DNA of 64,000 nt. Source: an uncultured Alphaproteobacteria bacterium (GTDB lineage Bacteria > Pseudomonadota > Alphaproteobacteria > RF32 > CAG-239). The translations under genes were made by a program, and so were the position numbers. Below the pieces are notes generated by a model. It did no database searches. It was not told where the DNA came from and saw nothing but the letters and a program-made list of their open reading frames with translations. The stretch is taken from positions 1,515 to 65,514 of the forward strand of contig CALXTN010000005.1 of the NCBI GenBank assembly GCA_944391405.1, in the 5' to 3' direction. Below are positions 28,629 through 39,569 of this stretch, piece after piece. Each line of letters begins with the position of its first letter. Positions within the stretch are counted from its first letter, which is position 1.

Positions 28629-29618
28629 TTATGAGGCTGTAATTATAGTGGGTGCAATATATGGGAGGGTTAAATCATATTCATCACTCTGAGTAATAAT
28701 AAGTTTAATTAAATTATAGATGCTATTCGCCCATAGTATTGAAGCAGTTATTGGAAATAATTGTTCAGCGGCTGAATTGCGATAAAAGTGATAGCTTTTT
28801 GTTTTTTTAGTGTTTTCTGTAATTCCTATGTTATTTTCGGTTGTGTCAAAAATAATTGTGCCTGAAGTGATATATTTTAAGTCTTCTTTTCCTATAATTT
28901 GTGGCGCATTACCTGTTGATGATGATGCAGCGGTTAATATAAAATTTTTGTCTGATAGTATTTTTCGTATTTCTTCTGTTTTTTCTATTTTAATAAAATT
29001 TACTCCTATGGATTTAGCTAATTCTTCGGCTTGTTGGGTAATGTCTGCTATTGTTACTATACAGCCTTGGCGTTTAAATACAGTTGCAGCTTGGAGTCCG
29101 GTAATACTTGCTCCAATAATTAAAGCTGTGCTGGCTTTCGTTGTTGCAGCTCCGGTCATTAATTGCGGAGCTATGCGTGAAGAATATGTAAGGGAATGAA
29201 TTGCTCCAGCGTAGCCTCTTATTGTGGCTTGAGTACTTTGTATATCAATACTTTGAGCAACAGAAGAACGGGGAACTTTTTCTAAATGCAAATATTTTAT
29301 ATTGGGGAGAAGGGGGTAATTCAAATGTTTTTTGAAATCGGCTATTATGAGTTGTTCCTTGTTGGGTAAACTTAATAGTGAGGCATCTGGTGGGGAAATC
29401 TGAGTGAGTATATCGCTTTGCGTACATATTTCTTCAACAGATTTAGATATGATTGCTCCGGCTGTAAGATATTCATCATCATAGTATCCAGCTTTTGTCC
29501 CATAATTCTTTTCTAATATTATACTGTGTCCTTCATTTCTTAATTTGTTTACGATTGAAGGTGTTAAGGATACTCTTGTTTCTTGGCTATTTTTTTCTTT
29601 TATTGAACTTATAATCAT
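28629..29618 (-). CDS. pntAA: NAD(P) transhydrogenase alpha subunit part 1 (dI, NAD(H)-binding, PntAA)
   Basis: AlaDH/PNT-type domain with the Rossmann motif LIIGASITGLQAATVFKRQG. Confidence 0.75.
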   Translation of the reverse strand: MIISSIKEKNSQETRVSLTPSIVNKLRNEGHSIILEKNYGTKAGYYDDEYLTAGAIISKSVEEICTQSDILTQISPPDASLLSLPNKEQLIIADFKKHLNYPLLPNIKYLHLEKVPRSSVAQSIDIQSTQATIRGYAGAIHSLTYSSRIAPQLMTGAATTKASTALIIGASITGLQAATVFKRQGCIVTIADITQQAEELAKSIGVNFIKIEKTEEIRKILSDKNFILTAASSSTGNAPQIIGKEDLKYITSGTIIFDTTENNIGITENTKKTKSYHFYRNSAAEQLFPITASILWANSIYNLIKLIITQSDEYDLTLPYIAPTIITAS

Positions 29619-29688
29619 AAAAAAACCTTTATTTTAAGAATTTTTTGTATTATCTGTTCGGTATATAAACAATGTTAGAAGAATATCA

Positions 29689-30222
29689 ATGGCAGAACTT
29701 GGAAAAATTTTCATTTCATTTTTTAAAATCGGTCTGTTTACTTTTGGGGGCGGTTATGCAATGATGCCCTTATTTCGGCAAGAACTTATTGAAAAAAGAA
29801 AATATATTACGGAAGATGAACTTATAGACTATTACTCTATTGGACAATGTACCCCCGGAGTTATTGCTGTTAACGTGGCAACTTTTACTGGATATAAAAT
29901 TCAACAAGGGTGGGGAGCTGCTGTGGCTACATTGGCGATTGTGTTACCATCTTTATTGATTATTATGGCTCTAGCCGGTATTTTAAATACGCTTTCTGAT
30001 AATCCAATCGTTGCACATGCTTTTGCTGGTATCAGAGTGGGCGTTATTGCTCTTATTTTGAAAGAAGTTATTGTTCTTTTTAGAAAAGCAGTTGCAACAA
30101 AATTTCAAATTTCGTTATTTTGTATTGTTTTGTTTTTGTTATTTTTTATACATCTTTCGGCAATTGCTGTTGTACTTTTAGCAGCTTGCTCTGGTTTTAT
30201 TAAGCATTTTAGGGATAAATAA
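29689..30222 (+). CDS. Chromate transporter (CHR family) short-chain subunit, N-type
   Basis: 177 aa; the GLFTFGGGYAMMPL motif; paired with the next gene. Confidence 0.7.
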   Translation: MAELGKIFISFFKIGLFTFGGGYAMMPLFRQELIEKRKYITEDELIDYYSIGQCTPGVIAVNVATFTGYKIQQGWGAAVATLAIVLPSLLIIMALAGILNTLSDNPIVAHAFAGIRVGVIALILKEVIVLFRKAVATKFQISLFCIVLFLLFFIHLSAIAVVLLAACSGFIKHFRDK

Positions 30223-30223
30223 A

Positions 30224-30742
30224 GTGATTTATGGTTTGTTATTTTGGGAATTTTTTAAAATAGGATTGTTTGCTATCGGAGGCGGTATGGTTACTATACC
30301 ATTTCTGTTTGATTTGACGAAAAAGTATTCTTGGTTTACAGCTGAAGAGCTGACAAATATGATTGCTGTATCACAGTCTACCCCAGGGCCGGTAGGAGTT
30401 AATATGGCAACTTATGCAGGATTTCAAACTGCTGGTATATTGGGTGGAATTGTCGCTACTTTGGGTTTAGTGTTGCCTTCGGTTATTATTGTTATTTGGG
30501 TTTCTAAATTGTTAAATCATTACAAAAATAATCAATGGGTTAATGAAATTATGGCATCAATCAGACCTGCTGTTGTGGCTTTAATCTTATTGGCTGGGTT
30601 CGAACTTTGTAAATTGAGTATAGAAGATTGGATATCCGCTGTTTTTGCGTTTTGTTTCTTTTTGATGGTTTATTTCTTTAAAAAAAGTCCCATTTTTTAT
30701 ATTATTCTTTCGGCGGTGTTGGGAATTTTTCTTAAACTTTAA
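30224..30742 (+). CDS. Chromate transporter (CHR family) short-chain subunit, C-type
   Basis: 172 aa; GLFAIGGGMVTIPF motif; follows the previous gene after a 1-nt gap. Confidence 0.7.
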   Translation: MIYGLLFWEFFKIGLFAIGGGMVTIPFLFDLTKKYSWFTAEELTNMIAVSQSTPGPVGVNMATYAGFQTAGILGGIVATLGLVLPSVIIVIWVSKLLNHYKNNQWVNEIMASIRPAVVALILLAGFELCKLSIEDWISAVFAFCFFLMVYFFKKSPIFYIILSAVLGIFLKL

Positions 30743-30796
30743 AGGGTTGGTAATAAATTATTTGTAGAGTTAATTATCTTTTCAAGGGGATATGTA

Positions 30797-31813
30797 ATGA
30801 ATAAAGAAGAAATTATTTATGATGTTTTAGGGATTGGTAATGCTATTGTTGATGTTTTAGCAAAGGTTGGTGAAGGTTTTTTAAGTGAGAGAAATTTACA
30901 AAAAGGAAGTATGACTTTACTTGGTGCGCGTGAAGCAGGAGAAATTTATAATGATATTATTCCTGAAGGAGAAGTTTCCGGTGGTTCTGCAGCAAATACT
31001 GTAGCGGGACTTGCCTCTTTAGGTGCCGATTGTGCTTTTATTGGTAAAGTCCATGATGACGAATTAGGGCAAGTATTTAAAAGACAAGTTGCTGGAGCAG
31101 GAATTGATTATTTTACGGACCCTCTTTGGGAAGGACCGGCGACGGGTAGAAGTATTGTGTTGGTTACTCCAGATGCTACTCGTTCTATGTTTACATATTT
31201 GGGGGCGTCTAGCCGCTTAACTGAAAATGATATTGACGAAAATTTAATTAAAGTTTCTAATGTTATTTTTCTTGAAGGCTATTTGTGGGATAATGAACAA
31301 TCTAAAAATGCAGTAAAAAAAGCTGCAGATTTAGCTCATCATTATAATCGTCAAGTGGCATTTACACTTTCAGATGAAGCTTGTGTTAAGCGTCATCGAG
31401 AAGAAATTGTCGAATTTGTTCAAAATCATGTGGATATTCTTTTCGCTAATGAGGCAGAATTATTGTCGCTATTTGATGAGACTGATTTTATGAAGGCGCT
31501 GGATATATTAAAAAGTATGGTAGAGCTTTCAGCAATCACCAGAGATGCAAGAGGTTCTGTAGTTGTAAAAAATAGAATTAAAATTTTTGTAGAAGCGGAA
31601 AAAGTTGAAGAAGTTGTTGATTCTACTGGTGCTGGAGATTTGTATGCTGCCGGATTTTTGTATGGAATGTCAAAAGGGCGTAGTTTAGGTACTTGTGCCA
31701 TAATTGGAGGTATTGCCGCTTCTGAAATTGTCGGACACTATGGAGCGCGTCCAGAAGTTTCTCTGCGTGGTTTTGTGCGAAATAAGTTAATTAAATATGG
31801 TAAGAGAGCCTAG
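30797..31813 (+). CDS. PfkB-family carbohydrate/nucleoside kinase (adenosine kinase-like)
   Basis: GGSAANTVAGLASLG and the C-terminal TGAGDLYAAGFLYG PfkB signature. Confidence 0.75.
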   Translation: MNKEEIIYDVLGIGNAIVDVLAKVGEGFLSERNLQKGSMTLLGAREAGEIYNDIIPEGEVSGGSAANTVAGLASLGADCAFIGKVHDDELGQVFKRQVAGAGIDYFTDPLWEGPATGRSIVLVTPDATRSMFTYLGASSRLTENDIDENLIKVSNVIFLEGYLWDNEQSKNAVKKAADLAHHYNRQVAFTLSDEACVKRHREEIVEFVQNHVDILFANEAELLSLFDETDFMKALDILKSMVELSAITRDARGSVVVKNRIKIFVEAEKVEEVVDSTGAGDLYAAGFLYGMSKGRSLGTCAIIGGIAASEIVGHYGARPEVSLRGFVRNKLIKYGKRA

Positions 31814-31838
31814 TAGGCCTAGTTTTAGAAACAAAATA

Positions 31839-33500
31839 ATGACTAAAATATTAAATTTTGAAAAAATAAAACAAGGTGGTCTTTTCTTTTTATCTTGTTT
31901 TAATGTTATTTTTTTAGGAATAATAATTTTTATATTGTGTTGTTGTGTATATACATCACATACATGGGGAACAGTTAGTTTACCTCAACTTTTATTTTTT
32001 ATAAAGTCAGGTATGTCTGAAGGAATAGAACTTTCTTTATTGTTAGAAATAGTAGGGTATTGCTTTGTTTTGCCGCTGGGTTTGACTACTTGTATCACTT
32101 ATGGTATCAAAAAAATAAATAATGGAAAATTATTATTCTGTAATAGAGCTATTTTTGGAGTATATTTAATCTTTTTATGGTTTATTGTTAATCATAGTAT
32201 AGATTTAACTTTAGAAGAACAATATGTTTTTTATGTATTATTGTTTGTTTTTTATCTTTTAAATCAGTGGAGAAAATATAATTCCATAGCCGTTACAGTA
32301 ACTTTATTATTATTATTACCTGTTGTTTTTATTGTAATTAAGGTTTTGGGATGTGAACGATTGTTACTGTCTTCTGTTGATTTTAGAGAAACAGATTTTT
32401 ATGCTCAAAACTATGTTCGAATAGATAAAAAACATTTAGTAAATAACAACCCTAGAAATGTAATTATTATTTTTGGAGAATCTCTAGAAAAGAAATATTT
32501 AACTTTAACTCAGGACAATCAACCTTATACTATTAAAGATGATGATGCAGTTAAGTTTGCAGATTTTACGGAAGGGTATTCTCAACGTTGGACACAAGGA
32601 GCTCTCTTTTCAGCCTTTACAGGAGTTCATATTCATTATTTGTCTGATTTTTTTAGATATCAGCTTTATGATAAACTTAAATATCATGAAGGAAAAGATA
32701 GAATTTTAATGATTTCTAATTATGTGGGAAAAGATTTTGATTTTAATACTCCTAATATTACCTATTTAGGAGATATAACTAAGGCCTTTGGTTATCAAAA
32801 TTTATTTGTTCAAGGTGGAAGTATTGCTTTTTCAGGTACAGACAATTTTTTGTTTAAACATGGTTTCGATAAAGAAAATGTTTATGATTTAAAAGCATTT
32901 AGCGGTTCGGAAGATACAGAGAAAGGGAAATATTGGTGGGGAGTTAGTGATAAAACAACTTTTGAATTATTTAAAGATAAAATTGATACATTAGATAAAA
33001 ATAGACCATTTTTAGCTATAGTGTTTACTTTAGATCTTCATCGTGGAAAAAATCCATTTTTTAAAAATGAAAATGAATTAAAACGTAATACTATTGATAA
33101 CTTAAATAATTTTATCGACTGGTTTAAAAAGCAAGATTTTTATGATAATACAACATTGATTATTTTAGCAGATCATAAAAGAATGGGAAGAGATGTTCAA
33201 GTTGGTGGTGGTCTTTATAATGCCTTTTTTAATTTACCTACTAATTTAAAACAAAACATAAACATCAATAGAAAGTTTAATCAAATAGATGTTTTTCCTA
33301 CAATTTTAGAGATTGCTGGTTTTACTCTTCCTCAGAGAAAAGCTGGAGTTGGTGTTTCGTTATTTTCTAAAAAGGCTACTTTGGCTGAAAATATGAAATA
33401 TTCAGAGCAAGAAGATGTTTTTTCTAAAATCGATAAGTTTTATCAAAAAATTTGGCTGAATAAAGATATATTTTCTTCGTCTTATATAACAAATTTTTGA
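31839..33500 (+). CDS. Membrane-anchored sulfatase-like hydrolase/transferase (LtaS/MdoB/EptA superfamily)
   Basis: N-terminal multi-TM region, then an alkaline-phosphatase-superfamily domain (DLHRGKNP...ILADHKRMG). Start ATG 31839 (MTKILNF). Confidence 0.55.
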   Translation: MTKILNFEKIKQGGLFFLSCFNVIFLGIIIFILCCCVYTSHTWGTVSLPQLLFFIKSGMSEGIELSLLLEIVGYCFVLPLGLTTCITYGIKKINNGKLLFCNRAIFGVYLIFLWFIVNHSIDLTLEEQYVFYVLLFVFYLLNQWRKYNSIAVTVTLLLLLPVVFIVIKVLGCERLLLSSVDFRETDFYAQNYVRIDKKHLVNNNPRNVIIIFGESLEKKYLTLTQDNQPYTIKDDDAVKFADFTEGYSQRWTQGALFSAFTGVHIHYLSDFFRYQLYDKLKYHEGKDRILMISNYVGKDFDFNTPNITYLGDITKAFGYQNLFVQGGSIAFSGTDNFLFKHGFDKENVYDLKAFSGSEDTEKGKYWWGVSDKTTFELFKDKIDTLDKNRPFLAIVFTLDLHRGKNPFFKNENELKRNTIDNLNNFIDWFKKQDFYDNTTLIILADHKRMGRDVQVGGGLYNAFFNLPTNLKQNININRKFNQIDVFPTILEIAGFTLPQRKAGVGVSLFSKKATLAENMKYSEQEDVFSKIDKFYQKIWLNKDIFSSSYITNF

Positions 33501-33772
33501 TTACATAATCAAATTTTGCAAGAACTTATAAAAATAGAGTTAAAGAACTTAGAAATCATGGTGTCTTGATGTTGCTTTATTCAGTATGGATACCAAGGGA
33601 TATTCAGGATAATGAGGATATTGGGGATGTTTTTTATTATAATGGTGAAGAAAATTTAATATAGTTTTTTTAGTTCAAGGACTTGCTATTTAAATTTTTT
33701 TTGCTATAAAGAGGGCAATTATATCGGATTTTCCCTTTATATTTATTGACGTTTTTTAGGAATTTTAAAAGC

Positions 33773-35590
33773 ATGGATATTAGAAATATTGCAATTATTG
33801 CACACGTTGACCATGGTAAAACAACATTGGTTGATGGTTTGTTGCGCCAGAGTGGTACTTTCAGAGATAATCAAAAAGTGGCTGATTGTGTGATGGATAG
33901 TAATGATTTGGAGCGTGAAAGAGGTATTACTATTCTTTCTAAATGTACGGCCGTTGATTGGAATGGTACCCACATTAATATTGTAGATACTCCGGGACAC
34001 GCTGACTTTGGTGGTGAAGTTGAACGTATTCTTTCTATGGTGGATGGTGTTGTTTTATTGGTGGATTCTTCTGAAGGGCCTATGCCTCAGACAAAATTTG
34101 TGCTTGGTAAAGCCTTGAAAATCGGTCTTAAACCGATTGTAGTTATTAATAAGGCAGATAAACCAGATGCAAGGCCTGATGAAGTTTTAAATGAGATATT
34201 CGATTTGTTTGTTAGTCTTGACGCTACTGATGAACAACTTGATTTTCCGGTTTTGTATGCTTCTGGTCGTAATGGTTGGGCTGTTAAAGAATTAACTGAT
34301 GAAAAGAAAGATTTGAAGCCTTTGTTTGAACTTATTCTTTCTTATGTTCCGGAACCTGTTTGTGAAAAAGATAAGCCTTTTTCTATGTTGGCGACAACGC
34401 TTGAAGCTGATAAATTCGTTGGACGTATTTTGACTGGTAAGATTCATAGCGGTACATTAAAAGTTAACGATGCAGTTAAAGTTATTAATGATAAAGGTGA
34501 AATTGAGCGTACTCGTATTACTAAAATTATGGCATATAAAGGTTTGGAAAGAGTGGCTCTTAATGAAGCTCACGCAGGTGATATTGTGGCTGTTGCTGGT
34601 GTTGTTAAAGGTACTGTTGCTGATACAATTTGTGCACCGGAAGTTACTGAAGCGATTGAAGCTCAGCCAATTGATCCGCCAACATTGGCAATGACTTTCT
34701 CTGTTAATGATTCTCCTCTTGCCGGTCGTGAAGGTGATAAAGTTACTTCGCGTATGATTTGGGATAGATTGCAAAAAGAAGCAGAATGCAATATTGCTCT
34801 TAAAATCTCTCGCACAGATATGACAGATTCTTTTGAAGTTGCCGGACGTGGGGAGCTTCAACTTGGTGTTTTGATTGAAACAATGCGTCGTGAAGGATTT
34901 GAACTTTCTATTTCTCGTCCGAAAGTGTTGTTCCATAAAGATGAAAACGGTAATTTGCTTGAACCGGTGGAAGAAGTTGTTATTGATGTTGATGATGAAT
35001 TTTCCGGTACGGTTGTTGAGAAATTAAGTCAACGTAAAGCCGAACTTTTGGAAATGATTCCGTCTCAGGTTGGCAATAAAACGCGTTTGATTTTCCATGC
35101 ACCTTCCAGAGGTCTTATTGGTTATCACTCTGAATTTTTAACTGATACTCGTGGAACAGGGGTTATGAACCGTATTTTCTATGCATATGAACCTTATAAA
35201 GGGGAAATTGAAAGTCATCGTAATGGTGTGCTTATTTCTAGTGAAGATGGTACGGCTGTAGCTTATTCTTTGTGGAAATTACAAGATAGAGGCCCGATGT
35301 TTATTGAACATAACAGCCCTGTTTATGTTGGTATGATTATCGGGGAACATACCAAGTCTAATGATTTGGAGGTTAATCCGACGAAGTCTAAGCAACTGAC
35401 TAATATTCGTGCTGCCGGTAAAGATGAAGCGATTGATTTGATCCCGCCACGTAAATTGTCTTTGGAGCAGGCTTTGTCTTATATTCAACAAGATGAATTG
35501 TTGGAAGTTACTCCTAAGTCTTTGCGGTTGCGTAAAAAGATTTTAGATCCGATTTTACGTAAACGTTCAAGAAATGATGCAACTGCATAA
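33773..35590 (+). CDS. typA: Translational GTPase TypA/BipA
   Basis: [22 protein letters not shown]1 motif, [13 protein letters not shown], and the BipA-specific C-terminal domain. An alternative upstream ATG lies at 33746. Confidence 0.9.
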   Translation: MDIRNIAIIAHVDHGKTTLVDGLLRQSGTFRDNQKVADCVMDSNDLERERGITILSKCTAVDWNGTHINIVDTPGHADFGGEVERILSMVDGVVLLVDSSEGPMPQTKFVLGKALKIGLKPIVVINKADKPDARPDEVLNEIFDLFVSLDATDEQLDFPVLYASGRNGWAVKELTDEKKDLKPLFELILSYVPEPVCEKDKPFSMLATTLEADKFVGRILTGKIHSGTLKVNDAVKVINDKGEIERTRITKIMAYKGLERVALNEAHAGDIVAVAGVVKGTVADTICAPEVTEAIEAQPIDPPTLAMTFSVNDSPLAGREGDKVTSRMIWDRLQKEAECNIALKISRTDMTDSFEVAGRGELQLGVLIETMRREGFELSISRPKVLFHKDENGNLLEPVEEVVIDVDDEFSGTVVEKLSQRKAELLEMIPSQVGNKTRLIFHAPSRGLIGYHSEFLTDTRGTGVMNRIFYAYEPYKGEIESHRNGVLISSEDGTAVAYSLWKLQDRGPMFIEHNSPVYVGMIIGEHTKSNDLEVNPTKSKQLTNIRAAGKDEAIDLIPPRKLSLEQALSYIQQDELLEVTPKSLRLRKKILDPILRKRSRNDATA

Positions 35591-35612
35591 TTTCTTTGAT
35601 GTTGTTTGTAAA

Positions 35613-35637
35613 GGGCTCGTTTCGGCGAGCCTTTTTG
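35613..35637 (+). terminator. Intrinsic terminator after typA
   Basis: GGCTCG-tttcgg-CGAGCC followed by TTTTT. Confidence 0.5.
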
Positions 35638-35694
35638 CTCTTTAAATCTGATTTTTATGATATATATCAATGATGATGATTTAAGGAGAAGAAA

Positions 35695-36357
35695 ATGTTT
35701 ACACATCGTGAAAAAAAAGAAGAAAAGCGCTTTTTTAGGAGTTTATTTGGGAGTTTTTGGAATTTCTGGACTAGTCCGACTGGTGCTTTTATTTTAGCGG
35801 TTTCAGCTATTGCTCTTGGGTATTATCAATTTTATGTCAGTCGCCCGATTTTGCGCTATCAGACAAATACAGTGAAGTTAATTTCTTCTAATAATACTAA
35901 TGAATATGCCGTGGATGTCAAAGGTAAAAAGTATAAAGATTTATATCTGACTAAAGTGTATTTGTATAATCAGGGGGAACAAGCTCTTTCTGGCACAGAT
36001 GTTTCTCATATTGGGCATGACCCTATTCGGATAGAAGTGCCAAAAGAGGCAATGATGCAACATTATAACTTAGATAATGATGAAACAACAAATGCGATTA
36101 CTGCTAAAGTTGTGCCCTATGGGGAAGATTTAATCTTGAATTTTGATTTTCTTAACCCTGAATATCAGTACGTTGTCAATATTTTGCACGAGAAACCGAC
36201 AGACGGTATTAAGGTTGCAGGTAGTGCACTTAATGTTAATGAAATAACAAGAGCTATTAGCGATAGAGAGTTAAAAAATTGGCTTGTATGGGGGTTGGGT
36301 GCTCTCTATTTGTTGTTAATTATTCGCTATGTTTTGAAAAAGGTCGGAAAACATTAA
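35695..36357 (+). CDS. Hypothetical membrane protein (N- and C-terminal TM helices)
   Basis: 220-aa ORF with RBS AGGAGAAG; no recognisable domain. Confidence 0.4.
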   Translation: MFTHREKKEEKRFFRSLFGSFWNFWTSPTGAFILAVSAIALGYYQFYVSRPILRYQTNTVKLISSNNTNEYAVDVKGKKYKDLYLTKVYLYNQGEQALSGTDVSHIGHDPIRIEVPKEAMMQHYNLDNDETTNAITAKVVPYGEDLILNFDFLNPEYQYVVNILHEKPTDGIKVAGSALNVNEITRAISDRELKNWLVWGLGALYLLLIIRYVLKKVGKH

Positions 36358-36422
36358 GAGTATTTTAAGCTCTCAAAGCTATAAATTGTATGTGTTTGTA
36401 ATTTTATTGAGGGGTTAATCTT

Positions 36423-37061
36423 ATGAGAAAATCACTTATTTGCAGTATGTTAGCTATTTCTTTGTTAACTGCTTGTGCTACAGATCCTTATACGGGACAA
36501 AGTAAAGTTTCTAATACCGCTTGGGGAACAGGAATCGGGGCTCTTGCCGGGGCGGGTATTGGTGCTTTAGCTGGTGGTGAAAAAGGTGCGTTAATCGGTG
36601 CAGGCGTTGGTGCAGCAGCAGGTGCTGGTACTGGTGCATATATGGATGTGCAAGCACGTAAATTGCGTCAAGAATTGTTAAATACCGGTGTTCAAGTGCA
36701 GGAAGTTAACGGACAAATTTATTTGATTATGCCGGGTAATATTACGTTTGATTCAAATGATGCTAATATTAAGCCTGCTTTCCAACCAGTTTTGAATTCT
36801 ATTGCGAAAGTTATTAACGAGTATAGTAAGACGATGGTTCAAGTTAACGGCTATACGGACAGTACAGGCAGTGCGGCTACCAATAACTCTCTTTCTTTGA
36901 TGAGAGCTAACTCAATTTCTAATTATTTGAGATTGAAAGGGGTAGATGCTAACCGTATTGTTTCTAATGGTTATGGCTCTTCTAATCCGATTGCGTCTAA
37001 TGCGACAGCTGCAGGAAGAGAACAGAATCGTCGTGTTGAAATTGTGCTGATTAATCGTTAA
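36423..37061 (+). CDS. OmpA-family outer-membrane lipoprotein (glycine-zipper + OmpA C-terminal domain, YiaD-like)
   Basis: Lipobox LTAC; Gly-zipper GIGALAGAGIGALAGG; an OmpA_C domain ending NRRVEIVL. Very similar in architecture and sequence to E. coli YiaD. Confidence 0.85.
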   Translation: MRKSLICSMLAISLLTACATDPYTGQSKVSNTAWGTGIGALAGAGIGALAGGEKGALIGAGVGAAAGAGTGAYMDVQARKLRQELLNTGVQVQEVNGQIYLIMPGNITFDSNDANIKPAFQPVLNSIAKVINEYSKTMVQVNGYTDSTGSAATNNSLSLMRANSISNYLRLKGVDANRIVSNGYGSSNPIASNATAAGREQNRRVEIVLINR

Positions 37062-37084
37062 GCCATTTTTTATTATTGCAGATA

Positions 37085-37109
37085 GGGGAGCATAGTAGCT
37101 CCCTTTTTT
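37085..37109 (+). terminator. Intrinsic terminator after the ompA-like gene
   Basis: GGGGAGC-atagta-GCTCCC followed by TTTTTT. Confidence 0.55.
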
Positions 37110-37163
37110 ATTGATGGGCAATGTTTCTTGCTTCTTTAGTTTGGCCGTTTATAATCATAAAAA

Positions 37164-37197
37164 AGGCTTTCTTCTTATGAAGAGAGCCTTTTTGTTT
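37164..37197 (-). terminator. Terminator downstream of ackA (bidirectional hairpin)
   Basis: AAGGCTTTCTTCTTATGAAGAGAGCCTT inverted repeat flanked by A/T runs. Confidence 0.5.
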
Positions 37198-37217
37198 GGG
37201 TATAGATAAAATTTTAT

Positions 37218-38402
37218 TTATGCACCAAATACAATTTGCATTGTATCTTTAGCAATCATGTATTCTTCATCGGTTGGGATAACGAATACGCGAATTTTTG
37301 AATCTTTAGTAGAAATTTCTGTAATGTTGCCTCTCTTGTTATTTGCTTCTTCATCTAAAGTGATACCTAGGTAAGCTAAGCGTTCTACAACTAATTTTCT
37401 TACTAAAGAACCATTTTCACCAATACCAGCCGTGAATACGATGGCGTCAACGCCACCTAAAACTGCAATGTATGCACCGATGAAACGAATGATGCTATGA
37501 ACATAGGTATTTAAGGCATCTGTTGCAGCTTCTTCTACACCATACAATGTTTCGATATCGCGGTTGTCGGAATATCCGCATAAACCATACATACCACTTT
37601 TTTTATTCAAAATTTCATTAACTTCATCAGGTGTTTTGTTTTGTGTCTTACAGATGTATAATGGAATATACGGATCAATGTCTCCGCAACGTGTTCCCAT
37701 AACAAGACCGGCAAGTGGAGTAAAGCCCATAGATGTATCTAAGCACATCCCATTGTCAACGGCGGAAATAGAAGCACCGTTTCCTAAGTGGCAAGTGATG
37801 ATTTTGCCTTTTTTGCCGATTAATTCAGCGGCTTTTTGAGAGACGTATGCATGTGATGTGCCATGGAAACCATAGCGGCGAATCTTGTATTTTGTGTATT
37901 GTTCAATCGGGAGTGCATATAAAAATGCTTCTTTCGGCATGGTTTGATGGAATGCTGTATCAAAAACTACTGTTTGTGGAACATTTGGTAAAAGTTTTTT
38001 TACAGCTCTAATGCCTAATACATGTGCATGGTTGTGAAGTGGTGCCAATTCTGATAATTCTTCAATTTGATCAATTACGGTGTCTGTTACCAAAACAGAG
38101 TTTTTGAAAATGTCGCCGCCTTGCACGATGCGGTGTCCAACAGCGTCGATTTCGTCCATCGATTTTAAAGCACCGTTTAGTAATTCTTTAGTTACTTCCT
38201 CAATGGCTTCATTATGTGTTGGCAAAGCTACTTCTCTGGTTCTTTTTTCACCACCGGTGATTTTGATTTCAACGAATGAACCATGAATACCAATACGGTC
38301 TGCTTTTCCTTTAGCGATAACATCATAATTGTTCCCATCAACATTAAATAATTGGTATTTTAATGAAGATGAACCTGAGTTTAATACAAGAATCTTTTTC
38401 AT
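37218..38402 (-). CDS. ackA: Acetate kinase
   Basis: MKKILVLNSGSSSLKYQLF N-terminus; full-length ASKHA fold; 394 aa. Confidence 0.9.
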   Translation of the reverse strand: MKKILVLNSGSSSLKYQLFNVDGNNYDVIAKGKADRIGIHGSFVEIKITGGEKRTREVALPTHNEAIEEVTKELLNGALKSMDEIDAVGHRIVQGGDIFKNSVLVTDTVIDQIEELSELAPLHNHAHVLGIRAVKKLLPNVPQTVVFDTAFHQTMPKEAFLYALPIEQYTKYKIRRYGFHGTSHAYVSQKAAELIGKKGKIITCHLGNGASISAVDNGMCLDTSMGFTPLAGLVMGTRCGDIDPYIPLYICKTQNKTPDEVNEILNKKSGMYGLCGYSDNRDIETLYGVEEAATDALNTYVHSIIRFIGAYIAVLGGVDAIVFTAGIGENGSLVRKLVVERLAYLGITLDEEANNKRGNITEISTKDSKIRVFVIPTDEEYMIAKDTMQIVFGA

Positions 38403-38426
38403 TTTATTTTCCTTATTGGGGTTAGA

Positions 38427-39431
38427 TTATTTGGTTGCTTGAATTGCAGTAATTGCAATCATTCCAACAATGTCTTCTGCTAATGCACCACGTGATAAAT
38501 CGTTTACAGGCGCATTTAAACCTTGCAACATTGGACCGTATGCTTCACATCCGCATAAACGTTGCAATAATTTGTAACTGATGTTTCCAACTTCAAGACA
38601 TGGGAAGATCAAAACGTTTGCTTGACCGGCAACTCGGGAATCCGGTGCTTTTTTCTTGGCAACGACAGCGTCTAATGCTGCGTCAGCTTGCATTTCTCCA
38701 TCGATCATGATCGGGAGACTCTTATATTCGTCAAGCAATAACATGTCTTGAGCAAGTTTGGTGGCGTTGCGTACTTTATCTACCATGCCGCCAGAGCCAG
38801 AACCTCGGGTTGAATATGAAAGCATGGCCACTTTGGGAGATAAACCAAATTTCAAAGCTGTTTCAGAACTTGCTAAAGCCATATCTGCTAATTCTTGCTC
38901 ACTAGGGTTAATGATGATAGCGCAATCTGAAAAAATATATGGTTTGTCATTGGCAACCAAAATTAAAGCAGAAGAAACACTGCGGTCTTTGTGTGCAGAT
39001 TTGATGATTTGAAGGGCAGGTCTTACAGTATCTGCCGTGGAGTGATTTGCTCCAGATACCATGCCATCTGCGTCACCGGCTTTTATCATTAATGTACCGA
39101 AATAATTGTAATTTAATGCCATCTTTTTAGCGTCATTTGGTGTCATACCTTTTGCTTTGCGCAATTCATATAGAAGATCGGCGTATTTTTCTAATTTGTC
39201 TGAAGTTTCCGGTTGTAATAATTCAATTCCATCCATGCTCCAGTTGTTTTTATCAAAGTAGGCTTTGATTTCTTCCGGATTGCCTAAAATAATCAATTTA
39301 GCGGCTTTTCTTTCAGCAATGGTATGTGCGGCTTGTAAAATGCGCTCATCTTCTCCTTCAGGCAATACTATCGTTTTCAGCTCTTTAGAGGCTCTCTCTA
39401 AAAGGCTATCAAGGAATTTGGTTATTTTCAT
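38427..39431 (-). CDS. pta: Phosphate acetyltransferase (short form, PTA_PTB domain only)
   Basis: About 334 aa from the likely start MKITKFLDSLLERA with RBS AAGGA. The ORF-track start at 39485 adds 18 aa. pta-ackA order on the minus strand. Confidence 0.85.
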   Translation of the reverse strand: MKITKFLDSLLERASKELKTIVLPEGEDERILQAAHTIAERKAAKLIILGNPEEIKAYFDKNNWSMDGIELLQPETSDKLEKYADLLYELRKAKGMTPNDAKKMALNYNYFGTLMIKAGDADGMVSGANHSTADTVRPALQIIKSAHKDRSVSSALILVANDKPYIFSDCAIIINPSEQELADMALASSETALKFGLSPKVAMLSYSTRGSGSGGMVDKVRNATKLAQDMLLLDEYKSLPIMIDGEMQADAALDAVVAKKKAPDSRVAGQANVLIFPCLEVGNISYKLLQRLCGCEAYGPMLQGLNAPVNDLSRGALAEDIVGMIAITAIQATK

Positions 39432-39569
39432 CTCTATCGTCCTTTTATGATGTGTATTTGAAAAGTTTTCTTCAGTTAATATCATAACCTTTTAAAAGGC
39501 AATAAAAAAGTTTGATTTTTATGCTTTTACGTTATAAATCTAGTAGAGGTTAATTATGGAGATTTTATC

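Noticed and set aside
33746-33772. An upstream ATG giving a 9-aa N-terminal extension of TypA (MTFFRNFKS)
   Set aside because: TypA/BipA proteins start within a few residues of the [17 protein letters not shown]1 motif, so the ATG at 33773 is the more likely start. Neither has a strong RBS, so this is uncertain.
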